A DNA stretch of 64,000 nucleotides from Flavobacteriales bacterium. Lineage in GTDB: Bacteria; Bacteroidota; Bacteroidia; CAIKAF01. The position numbers and the translations under genes are program-made. The notes under the pieces are model-generated. The model was given only the letters and a program-made list of their open reading frames with translations. It did not search any database and was not told where the DNA came from. Positions 19,025 through 27,892 of this stretch are shown piece by piece. The stretch's first letter is position 1; each line of letters opens with the position of its first letter. The stretch lies in contig JBILKR010000005.1 in assembly GCA_044376575.1 (NCBI GenBank), positions 44,078 through 108,077 on the forward strand, written 5' to 3'.

Positions 19025-21481
19025 TCAATTCATTTTAGTTTTTCCATTCACCGGAAGTGGATTTTTTACTTTTTCGCTAGTGAGCGCCAGTTGAATCACC
19101 TCCTGCATTCGTGTTACATAATGAAATTTCAGGCCTTTAATATATCGCGCTTCAATTTCTTCAACATCCTTACGATTCTCTTCACATAAAATGATTTCAC
19201 GGATGTTTGCACGTTTGGCAGCAAGTATTTTTTCTTTAATTCCACCTACGGGCATTACATGTCCGCGCAAGGTAATTTCACCTGTCATTGCCAGTTTTGA
19301 TTTTACTTTACGTTGTGTAAAAGCAGATACCAGTGCGGTAAGCATAGTAATACCTGCTGATGGTCCGTCTTTAGGCGTAGCTCCTTCAGGAACGTGAATG
19401 TGAACATTCCAGTGGTCAAATGCTTTGGGATTAATCCCGTAATCAGCAGCATGTGCTTTTAAATATTCAAGCGCAATCATGGCTGATTCTTTCATTACAC
19501 CACCTAAATTACCGGTGAGCGTGAGTCTTCCTTTTCCCTGACTTAAACTTGTTTCAATATAAAGGATGTCACCACCAACGGCTGTCCATGCAAGTCCTAC
19601 CACAACACCGGCATATTCATTTCCTTCGTATTTTTCTTTTGGGTAAGGCTTACCCATAATTTTCTCAATGGCATCAGGTTGAACAATTGCATCAAACTTC
19701 ATATCCATTGCTTTTGATTTGGCAAGGTTTCTGATCACAGAAGCTACAGCTCTGTCAAGCGAACGCACCCCTGATTCACGGGTATAATTCTCAATTAAAA
19801 ATTCGAGGGATTCTTTAGGTATTTTAATTTTTTCTTTTTCCAAACCATGTTCGCAAATTTGTTTCGGAACTAAATGTTTGGCTGCGATTTCAATTTTTTC
19901 TTCAAGTGAATAACCTGATAATTCAATGATTTCCATTCTGTCTCTCAATGCCGGTTGAATGGTTGAAAGATTATTTGCAGTAGCAATAAACATCACTTTT
20001 GATAAATCAAAGTCCACATCAAGGTAGTTATCGTGAAATGCATTGTTTTGTTCCGGGTCTAGCACTTCTAATAAAGCAGATGATGGATCGCCATGAAAAT
20101 CATTTCCAACTTTATCAATTTCATCTAAGATAAAAACAGGATTTGCAGATCCCGCTTTCTTCATATTTTGTAAGATTCGTCCAGACATTGCACCAATGTA
20201 GGTTTTACGATGTCCTCTGATTTCAGATTCATCTTTTAATCCACCCAACGACATGCGAATATATTTTCTTCCCAACGATTCTGCAATTGATTTACCTAAG
20301 GATGTTTTACCTACACCAGGAGGTCCGGCCAAACACAAAATCGGTGCTTTCATGTCACCTTTTAATTTCAATACGGCTAAATGTTCAATAATACGATCTT
20401 TAATTTTTTCCATTCCGAAATGATCGCGATCAAGAATTTTTTTTGCCTTCGTCAGATCGAACTGATCAGTGGTATAATCATCCCATGGCAGATCTGTAAA
20501 ATATTCCAGGTAGTTTAACTGAATAGAATATTCAGCCACCATCGGATTCATTCTTTCTAATTTGGAAAGTTCTTTATCAAAAACCTCTTTTACTTTTTGG
20601 TTCCATCCTTTTTTTCTGGCCTTTTCTTTTAATTCTTTAATCTCCTGACTTTCTCCTGTGCCCAGTTCCTCCTGAATCATTTTCATTTGCTGATGAAGGA
20701 AATATTCTTTTTGTTGACGGTCAATATCAACTTTAACTTTGGTTTGAATTTCATTCTTCAGTTCCAGCAATTGCATTTCCTTATTCAAGAAACGCAAAGC
20801 CATGGTTGCTCTTTCTTTCAAATCCATCACTTCCAGCAATTGTTGTTTTTCTTCCATTTCTGCGTTAAGATTGGAAGAGATAAAATTGATAAGAAACGAA
20901 GGACTTTCAATATTCTTTATCGCAAAGCTGGCCTCAGATGGAAGATGTGGCGAATGCTGAATAATCTGTAATGATAGCTCTTTGATTTGATTTACTAATG
21001 CCTTGAATTCTTCATCATTTTCAATTGGTTTCTGTTCGGTGAATATATTGACATGTGCCTTTAAATATGGCTCGCTTTGTAGCATTTGTCTTAATTCAAA
21101 TCGTCTTTTACCTTGAATAATAGCTGTGGTACTGCCGTCAGGCATTCGCAGCATCTTAACAATTTGCGCAACTGTACCAATCTTATACAAGTCTGATTCA
21201 TTAGGATCTTCAATGCTTACATCTTTTTGAGCAAGGACTCCGATAATTTTTTTGCCATTATAAGCTTCTCTAATCAAGCGTATTGACTTATCTCTTCCCA
21301 CAGTAATTGGGATAACTACACCCGGAAATAATACTGTATTTCTTAATGTGAGAATAGGCAATTCTTCCGGAACATCATCCAGATTAAAATTATCCTCATC
21401 TTCATTTGTAATTAAAGGTATGAAGTCTGAATCATCACCCAACATTTTCATGAATGCCATCTTGTCGTCATTTATCCACAT
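19025..21481 (-). CDS. lon: ATP-dependent protease Lon (endopeptidase La)
   Basis: 818 aa. Lon N-domain, AAA+ Walker A (GPPGVGKTS), and C-terminal protease domain with catalytic Ser (PKDGPSAG) and Lys. Confidence 0.93.
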   Translation of the reverse strand: MWINDDKMAFMKMLGDDSDFIPLITNEDEDNFNLDDVPEELPILTLRNTVLFPGVVIPITVGRDKSIRLIREAYNGKKIIGVLAQKDVSIEDPNESDLYKIGTVAQIVKMLRMPDGSTTAIIQGKRRFELRQMLQSEPYLKAHVNIFTEQKPIENDEEFKALVNQIKELSLQIIQHSPHLPSEASFAIKNIESPSFLINFISSNLNAEMEEKQQLLEVMDLKERATMALRFLNKEMQLLELKNEIQTKVKVDIDRQQKEYFLHQQMKMIQEELGTGESQEIKELKEKARKKGWNQKVKEVFDKELSKLERMNPMVAEYSIQLNYLEYFTDLPWDDYTTDQFDLTKAKKILDRDHFGMEKIKDRIIEHLAVLKLKGDMKAPILCLAGPPGVGKTSLGKSIAESLGRKYIRMSLGGLKDESEIRGHRKTYIGAMSGRILQNMKKAGSANPVFILDEIDKVGNDFHGDPSSALLEVLDPEQNNAFHDNYLDVDFDLSKVMFIATANNLSTIQPALRDRMEIIELSGYSLEEKIEIAAKHLVPKQICEHGLEKEKIKIPKESLEFLIENYTRESGVRSLDRAVASVIRNLAKSKAMDMKFDAIVQPDAIEKIMGKPYPKEKYEGNEYAGVVVGLAWTAVGGDILYIETSLSQGKGRLTLTGNLGGVMKESAMIALEYLKAHAADYGINPKAFDHWNVHIHVPEGATPKDGPSAGITMLTALVSAFTQRKVKSKLAMTGEITLRGHVMPVGGIKEKILAAKRANIREIILCEENRKDVEEIEARYIKGLKFHYVTRMQEVIQLALTSEKVKNPLPVNGKTKMN

Positions 21482-21622
21482 ATGTCAGTTTTTTTATCTG
21501 TTTGCTGCCAATTGTATTATTAAATACAGGCAATAAATCTAAAAATAATCAAATACACTATATACTCAAGGGTTGTGCCATATCTTCTTTGTTTGTATTT
21601 TTAAAACAAACCCTAAAACCCA

Positions 21623-22525
21623 ATGAACTTTAAACAATTCTGGAAATTCTATTTCACATATCAGGCTTCTGAACTAAGGGCCATTCGATTAATGTTATTT
21701 TTTATCATTGTATTAATGGTTGCAACATTTACAATGGATCACTGGTTAAAACCAAATGAATTCAATATCAATACCTATGCATTTGCAATTGATTCAATGC
21801 TTGAACTTGTTTCATATAAGGACAGTATTGAACAATCAAAAAAATGGAAAAATTATAAGAAGAAGAGTTACGCTCATTCAATTCCAAATAGAATTACTCC
21901 TTTTTATCCGGATACTTTATCAAAAGAAGGCTGGATGAAATTGGGATTGACTGAAAAACAGGCAGATGTGATTTTATCCATCAGACAGAAAAAGGGTGGC
22001 TTCCATTCTGAAAATGACCTAAGCAATATTCAAATTTTGCATCAGTTTTTTCCTGCTATTCAGCCATTTCTAAAATTTGATACCCTATACCAGGCATCAA
22101 CTGTTACGAAGCAAAAAAAGGAATATGCAATGATTGAAATCAACACTGCACTTCCTCAAAACCTGATTGAACTTCCCGGCATCGGTGAAAAGCTGGCAAA
22201 CAGAATAGTATTGTACAGAGAAAATTTAGGTGGTTTTTATAATATTGAGCAATTAAAAGATATGTTTGGAATGCCTGAAACCACTTTTGTTCAAATACGT
22301 CCATACCTAATGATAGAAAAGATTGAACTAAAGCAATTACAAGTTAACTATGCATCAAAGCAGGAATTGTCCATGCATCCCTATATTGATTTTAAAATAG
22401 CTTCATCCATCGTTAATTACAGAAATGCACATGGTAATTTTAAGGATGTTCATGATTTATTAAAATTTGGTTTGGTAGAACAAAAACAATATGATAAAAT
22501 TGCTCCATATTTAACCATCAAGTGA
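21623..22525 (+). CDS. Membrane-anchored protein with three ComEA-like helix-hairpin-helix motifs
   Basis: 300 aa. N-terminal transmembrane helix, then three HhH-like units (for example LPGIGEKLANRIVLYR...). Confidence 0.65.
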   Translation: MNFKQFWKFYFTYQASELRAIRLMLFFIIVLMVATFTMDHWLKPNEFNINTYAFAIDSMLELVSYKDSIEQSKKWKNYKKKSYAHSIPNRITPFYPDTLSKEGWMKLGLTEKQADVILSIRQKKGGFHSENDLSNIQILHQFFPAIQPFLKFDTLYQASTVTKQKKEYAMIEINTALPQNLIELPGIGEKLANRIVLYRENLGGFYNIEQLKDMFGMPETTFVQIRPYLMIEKIELKQLQVNYASKQELSMHPYIDFKIASSIVNYRNAHGNFKDVHDLLKFGLVEQKQYDKIAPYLTIK

Positions 22526-23055
22526 TAGCTGAAAAATTAATACAAACCATTCGAGATATTCCTGACTTTCCGAAACTGGGAATAGTATTCAAAGATATTA
22601 CACCGATTTTTTCAGATCCCCAATTATGCAAAGAGGTAGTAGATAGCATTGTTGAAGAATTTAAGGGAATAGAGGTAGATGCAATTGCCGGTGTTGAAGC
22701 AAGAGGTTTCTTATTTGGTATTATGCTTGCACAAGCGATGCAAAAGCCGTTCATTTTAATTCGTAAAGCCGGTAAATTACCTTATCATAAAATTTCAAGA
22801 GAATATGCTCTTGAATACGGAACAGCAAAAATTGAAATGCATACTGATTCAATTACTCCGGGTATGAAGGTAATTTTACATGACGATTTGCTGGCAACAG
22901 GTGGTTCCGCAGAAGCTGCTGCCGAATTGATTCAGGAGGGAGGTGGAGTATTGGCCGGATTCAGTTTTATAGTGAACCTTGCTCATTTAGATGGTGAAAA
23001 AAAACTTAAACGATTTTCAAACCATATTCAAAGTTTGGTGGTTTATCATGAGTGA
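22522..23055 (+). CDS. apt: Adenine phosphoribosyltransferase
   Basis: 177 aa type I PRTase with the PRPP-binding motif (VILHDDLLATGGS). GTG start overlaps the upstream TGA (GTGA). Confidence 0.88.
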   Translation: MIAEKLIQTIRDIPDFPKLGIVFKDITPIFSDPQLCKEVVDSIVEEFKGIEVDAIAGVEARGFLFGIMLAQAMQKPFILIRKAGKLPYHKISREYALEYGTAKIEMHTDSITPGMKVILHDDLLATGGSAEAAAELIQEGGGVLAGFSFIVNLAHLDGEKKLKRFSNHIQSLVVYHE

Positions 23056-23088
23056 TATATTTTAGCAACTTAATTACATAAAAATATT

Positions 23089-24228
23089 ATGGATTTTACG
23101 ATCAATGAAAATCAGAAAATGATTGCCCAAATGGTGAAAGATTTCGCGGAAAAAGAAATTCGCCCAAATGTGATGCATTGGGATGAAAATGAAATCTTTC
23201 CTGTAGATGTGATGAAGAAAATGGGTGAAATGGGCTTGTTGGGAATATTTGTACCTCAGGAATATGGAGGAAGTGGAATGGGATATTTTGAATATATGAG
23301 CACACTTGTTGAATTGGGAAAAGTGTGTGGTGGTATATCATTATCAGTTGCAGCTCATAATTCATTATGTACAGGTCATATTTATTATCATGGAAATGAA
23401 GAGCAAAAGAAAAAATATTTACCGAAGCTTGCATCCGGTGAGTGGATTGGTGCATGGGGTTTAACAGAACCCAATACCGGATCTGACGCTATGCGGATGA
23501 AATGTACAGCTCACAAAGAGGGTAATGAGTGGGTGATTAACGGGTCTAAAAACTGGATTACTCATGGATTGTCTGGTGATGTTGCAGTTGTATTGGTCCG
23601 TACAGGAGAATTGCTTGATTCAAATGGCATTACTGCATTTATTATTGAAAAAGGTACACCTGGATTTTCAGCTGTGAAAATTAAAAACAAGTTAGGTGTA
23701 AGAGCTAGTGAAACTGCTGAACTTATCTTTGATAACGTTAGAATTCCTGAAGCAAATGTGATTGGTGAAGTGGGTCAAGGGTTCAAACAAGCCATGAAAG
23801 TATTGGATGGTGGTCGTATTTCAATTGCTTCTGTTTCTCTTGGAATTGCAAAAGGAGCATATGAAGCGGCATTAAAATATGCCAAAGAGCGTGAACAGTT
23901 TGGTCAGCCCATTGCCAATTTTCAGGCGATAGGATTTAAACTTGCAGATATGGCAACTGAGATTGAAGCAGCAGAATTATTGACTTTAAAGGCCGCAGAT
24001 CTTAAGAATAGGGGAGAGAAGGTGACCAAAGAAGGTGCATTCGCAAAATATTATGCTTCTGAAGTGTCTGTAAAATGTGGTAATGAAGCAGTGCAAATCA
24101 TGGGTGGCTATGGTTTTACAAAAGAATATCCGGCAGAGAAATTTTTGCGTGATTCAAAATTGATGACTATTGGTGAAGGAACTTCTGAAATTCAGAAGCT
24201 AGTGATCGCCCGAAATATTCTTTCTTGA
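23089..24228 (+). CDS. Acyl-CoA dehydrogenase
   Basis: 379 aa with typical ACAD N-terminal, middle and C-terminal regions (for example GAWGLTEPNTGSDA, IMGGYGFTKEYPAEKFLRD). Confidence 0.9.
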   Translation: MDFTINENQKMIAQMVKDFAEKEIRPNVMHWDENEIFPVDVMKKMGEMGLLGIFVPQEYGGSGMGYFEYMSTLVELGKVCGGISLSVAAHNSLCTGHIYYHGNEEQKKKYLPKLASGEWIGAWGLTEPNTGSDAMRMKCTAHKEGNEWVINGSKNWITHGLSGDVAVVLVRTGELLDSNGITAFIIEKGTPGFSAVKIKNKLGVRASETAELIFDNVRIPEANVIGEVGQGFKQAMKVLDGGRISIASVSLGIAKGAYEAALKYAKEREQFGQPIANFQAIGFKLADMATEIEAAELLTLKAADLKNRGEKVTKEGAFAKYYASEVSVKCGNEAVQIMGGYGFTKEYPAEKFLRDSKLMTIGEGTSEIQKLVIARNILS

Positions 24229-24666
24229 TTTTTTAGGATTCTTCAGAATTAATGTGCTTTTGGCGTAATTAATCTGAGCTTTGTATTTGTATAGAATATC
24301 ACTTCCCAATATTCCGGAAATTTTTCTTTTTCCTATATTCTTATAAGCATTGTTCACGTGTTGTAAATCTATCAATACAATGTTTAACTTATTCATTTGC
24401 CACTCTTCCATTCCAATGGAATGAATGATTCCGAGTTGACTTTCCAATGTAGTATTTCCAATTCCGGTTGAGTTTACCTGAGCAGAATTTTCTTCAATTT
24501 CGATACCAAATTCTGAGCATTGATTGATATCAAATACTGATTTTGATGCACCTGTATCCAATACCAGTAAAGCCCTTTTATCATTAATGATGGCATGTAT
24601 AAATACATGATATCCATCCTGATCAATTGCATGAATTTCGATGGGGATAATTGATTGATATTTCAT
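24199..24666 (-). CDS. Retropepsin-like (clan AA) aspartic protease, stand-alone
   Basis: 155 aa with an LVLDTGAS catalytic motif and a later ILGSDIL motif, as in retroviral-type homodimeric aspartyl proteases. Its 3' end overlaps the acyl-CoA dehydrogenase 3' end by 30 nt (convergent). Confidence 0.65.
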   Translation of the reverse strand: MKYQSIIPIEIHAIDQDGYHVFIHAIINDKRALLVLDTGASKSVFDINQCSEFGIEIEENSAQVNSTGIGNTTLESQLGIIHSIGMEEWQMNKLNIVLIDLQHVNNAYKNIGKRKISGILGSDILYKYKAQINYAKSTLILKNPKKSRKNISGDH

Positions 24667-24673
24667 ATACGGA

Positions 24674-24705
24674 AATAAAAAAAGCCCCGAATCTTTCGGG
24701 GCTTT
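24674..24705 (-). terminator. Rho-independent terminator downstream of secDF
   Basis: GCCCCG-aatcttt-CGGGGC hairpin. On the minus strand it is followed by a T-run (complement of AAAAAAA at 24675-24681). It is 20 nt past the secDF stop. Confidence 0.7.
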
Positions 24706-24723
24706 GTATTTTCAAATTGAAAT

Positions 24724-27700
24724 TTATTTTTTCGTTTCTTCTGTAGATTTTTTACCTAAATCAATAACGATAGGAGTAGCAATAAAGATGGATGAATATG
24801 TTCCCACCAATACACCAATCAAAATTGCAAAAGTTAATCCTTTAATGGCTTCACCACCGAAGAAAAATGCAATCACTAAAACTATCAATACAGTTAAAGA
24901 GGTATTAATTGTTCTTCCAAGTGTACTGTTCAATGCATCATTGATCAGTTGGTGCATACCTCCACGCTTGTGTTCTCCTAAGAACTCACGAATACGGTCG
25001 AAGATAATTACTGTGTCATTAATAGAGTACCCAATTACAGTTAATACTGCTGCAATGATGGCTTGGTCAACTTCAAGATTAAATGGCAATATTCCATCAA
25101 ATATTGAGAACATGGCAAGCACCAGAATTACGTCATGTAAGAGAGCAACGGTGGCACCCAATCCATATTGCCAACCTTTAAATCGGAATACGATATAAAG
25201 GAACATCATTACTAACGAAATAATCACAGCAATAATAGATTTGCTTTTAACATCACGTGCAACTGTCGGACCAACTTTATATGATTCAGAGATACCTGAG
25301 TCAACCTTATCAGAGAATTGTTCAAATGTTATTTTTTCTGTATAGAATGGAGCCAATGCTTCGAACATATCTTTTTCAATTGCAGCTTCTACATCTTCTC
25401 CATTATCATTATAACGATACTTGGTGATAATTTTTACCTGATCAGATGCACCATACAATTTAACAGTAGGAGCTGTACCAAACTTATTTCCCAAGGCAGA
25501 GGCAACATCTGCGGTATTAAAATTATTGTTATCGAATACTACAGTGTATGAACGTCCACCCTGTAAATCAACACCCATATTGAATCCTTTGAAAATAAAT
25601 GAAGCAATACCTATTAATACCAATACAGAAGAAATGATGTAAAATAATTTACGTTTTCCTACGAAATCAAAATTCACATTCTGCATGAAGTTAGCTGTAG
25701 GCTTGGTAGAGAAAGACATTTCTGATTTTTTATTAAGCTGAGCTTCAAATATCAGACGTGTAATAAATATCGCAGAAAATAATGAAGTAAGGATACCCCA
25801 GAATAAAACTACTGCAAAACTTTTTACCGGACCGGCTCCAAATACCATCAAAATAATCGCAATTAAAATAGTAGTTATATTGGAGTCAATAATTGCCGCA
25901 TACGCACGCTGATATCCATCTTTTAAAGCCAGTTTTAATCCTTTGCCGTCTCGTAATTCTTCTTTCACCCTTTCAAAAATCAAAACGTTAGCATCTACAG
26001 ACATACCCAGCGTCAATACAATACCAGTAATTCCAGGAAGTGTTAATGTAGCTCCAAGCGCAGTAAGTGTACCTATCAGGAATAATACGTTTGACATCAA
26101 TGCAATGTCGGCATTGATCCCTGCCTTACCGTAATAGAAAGCCATATACACCATAATCATGATGAAGGCAATAATCAATGAAGTTATACCTGCATTGATT
26201 GCTTTCTGACCTAAAGATGGACCAACAACTGCCTGTTCAACGATGCTTGCCGGTGTGGGTAATTTACCTGCCTTTAATACAGATGCCAGTGTTTTGGCAT
26301 CATCAAAGGTGAAGTTTCCGGTAATACTAGAAATACCTCCGGTAATTGCATCCTCTACATTTGGATAAGAGTAAACATTACCATCTAACACGATGGCAAT
26401 ACTTTTTCCAATATTCTTTTTGGTTAATTCAGCCCATGTTTTTGCACCATCGGCATTCATCTTCATGGTTACACGGAATCCGCCTTTCTGATCATCTGGT
26501 TCAAATGTTGCATCTGTAATTACGTCTCCTTCCAAAGATGCTTTACCATCTCTGCGTGTTACTTTACAGGCAACTAATACAAGATCTCCATTGATATCTT
26601 CATTAGATGATTTATTTTCCCAGAACAAACGAAGATCTTTTGGCAATAGGCTTTTAACCTGTGGCATTCTTAAATATCCACCAATTTTTGCTGTATCAAA
26701 TGGTGAAGCACTACCAACTGCAGGTCCCGGTGCAAAATACACCTTATTATCTTCAGACGACTGGAAGGTAATGGCACTTAATAAGGCATTTTGTTCAGCC
26801 TGTCCGAAAAATACAAATTGTCCGGGTTTATTTGCTGTGGCTGCAGATGTATCTTTCTTCTCAGCTGTTGTATCGGTATTGTTGAGTTCAGCAAACTCAA
26901 CAGTGTCGGTTTCTTCCTGTGTTGAAGTTACAACATTAGTTGTATCTCTTGTTTCAGTAGAATCAGTAGTTTCTTTTTTACCACTTTCTGTTTTAGCAAG
27001 ATACTCATTGATTTTATTTAACTGAGGAACAAGTTCCTGACTCTCATAAGTTTCATAGAATTCCAGTTTAGCAGAAGCCTCCAGAAGTTTTTGTACCCTG
27101 TTGGGATCCTGAACCCCCGGCAATTCAACTAAAATTCTTCCGGATTGCTCTAATTTCTGAATGTTAGGCTGAGTAACACCGAAATTATCAATACGTGCAT
27201 TTAGTACTTCAAATGTACGATCTATAGCCTGATCAGCTTCAGTCTTTAATAATTTTATAACTTCATCTTCACTTGTTGTTGGTTTAATTAAAGTCTGATC
27301 TTTATGTCCAAAAATCTTAGCCAGACTTTGTTTTGGATTTAAACTCTTATATGACTGGGCAAATAAATCAACAAAATTTTCCTGACTTATTTTTTGTTTT
27401 TCCTGAGCCAATTTTAAAGCTTTATTGAAAGTACTATCCTGATTGTTATTGCTCATGGCTTTTAACAACTCCGGAATAGATACCTCAAGCGTTACGTTCA
27501 TACCGCCTTTAAGGTCAAGTCCTAAGTTAACTTCTCTTTGCTTACAATCTGAATATGTATATTTTATTATTCCAAGATTATAAACTACCTCTCCGTTCAT
27601 AGAGTCAAGGTAAGCCCTTTCAATTGCAACATCTCCTCCTGCATATTCTCTGGCGTCACTTTCAACTTTACGGGTTATAAAAGTAAAGGACAAATGAAAC

Positions 27701-27756
27701 AAACATGCTATGGTAATTAATACCGCAAAAATTTGAATAACACTCTTATTCTGCAT
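24724..27756 (-). CDS. secDF: Protein translocase subunit SecDF (fused SecD-SecF)
   Basis: 1010 aa. SecD periplasmic and 12-TM RND-like architecture, with a SecF half at the C-terminus. The SecD periplasmic head contains an acidic Thr/Asp/Glu-rich insertion. Confidence 0.92.
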   Translation of the reverse strand: MQNKSVIQIFAVLITIACLFHLSFTFITRKVESDAREYAGGDVAIERAYLDSMNGEVVYNLGIIKYTYSDCKQREVNLGLDLKGGMNVTLEVSIPELLKAMSNNNQDSTFNKALKLAQEKQKISQENFVDLFAQSYKSLNPKQSLAKIFGHKDQTLIKPTTSEDEVIKLLKTEADQAIDRTFEVLNARIDNFGVTQPNIQKLEQSGRILVELPGVQDPNRVQKLLEASAKLEFYETYESQELVPQLNKINEYLAKTESGKKETTDSTETRDTTNVVTSTQEETDTVEFAELNNTDTTAEKKDTSAATANKPGQFVFFGQAEQNALLSAITFQSSEDNKVYFAPGPAVGSASPFDTAKIGGYLRMPQVKSLLPKDLRLFWENKSSNEDINGDLVLVACKVTRRDGKASLEGDVITDATFEPDDQKGGFRVTMKMNADGAKTWAELTKKNIGKSIAIVLDGNVYSYPNVEDAITGGISSITGNFTFDDAKTLASVLKAGKLPTPASIVEQAVVGPSLGQKAINAGITSLIIAFIMIMVYMAFYYGKAGINADIALMSNVLFLIGTLTALGATLTLPGITGIVLTLGMSVDANVLIFERVKEELRDGKGLKLALKDGYQRAYAAIIDSNITTILIAIILMVFGAGPVKSFAVVLFWGILTSLFSAIFITRLIFEAQLNKKSEMSFSTKPTANFMQNVNFDFVGKRKLFYIISSVLVLIGIASFIFKGFNMGVDLQGGRSYTVVFDNNNFNTADVASALGNKFGTAPTVKLYGASDQVKIITKYRYNDNGEDVEAAIEKDMFEALAPFYTEKITFEQFSDKVDSGISESYKVGPTVARDVKSKSIIAVIISLVMMFLYIVFRFKGWQYGLGATVALLHDVILVLAMFSIFDGILPFNLEVDQAIIAAVLTVIGYSINDTVIIFDRIREFLGEHKRGGMHQLINDALNSTLGRTINTSLTVLIVLVIAFFFGGEAIKGLTFAILIGVLVGTYSSIFIATPIVIDLGKKSTEETKK

Positions 27757-27892
27757 AATTTCTCTAAATTATTGTAAAAAAATGAACGCAAAGATATGAT
27801 TTGCGATGGTATTTGCAAAACAAACCCTATTTTAATCAAAAATAGCTCTCTCTCCTTTTATCTGCCGCGCAATTATTGTTATTTTGCAGTTT

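Noticed and set aside
24704-25198. 164-aa plus-strand ORF, and another at 26591-27025 (144 aa), lying inside secDF on the opposite strand
   Set aside because: They are entirely antisense to a well-supported, conserved gene. Their composition is low-complexity and Ser/Thr/Ile-rich with no motifs. These are typical shadow ORFs in AT-rich DNA.
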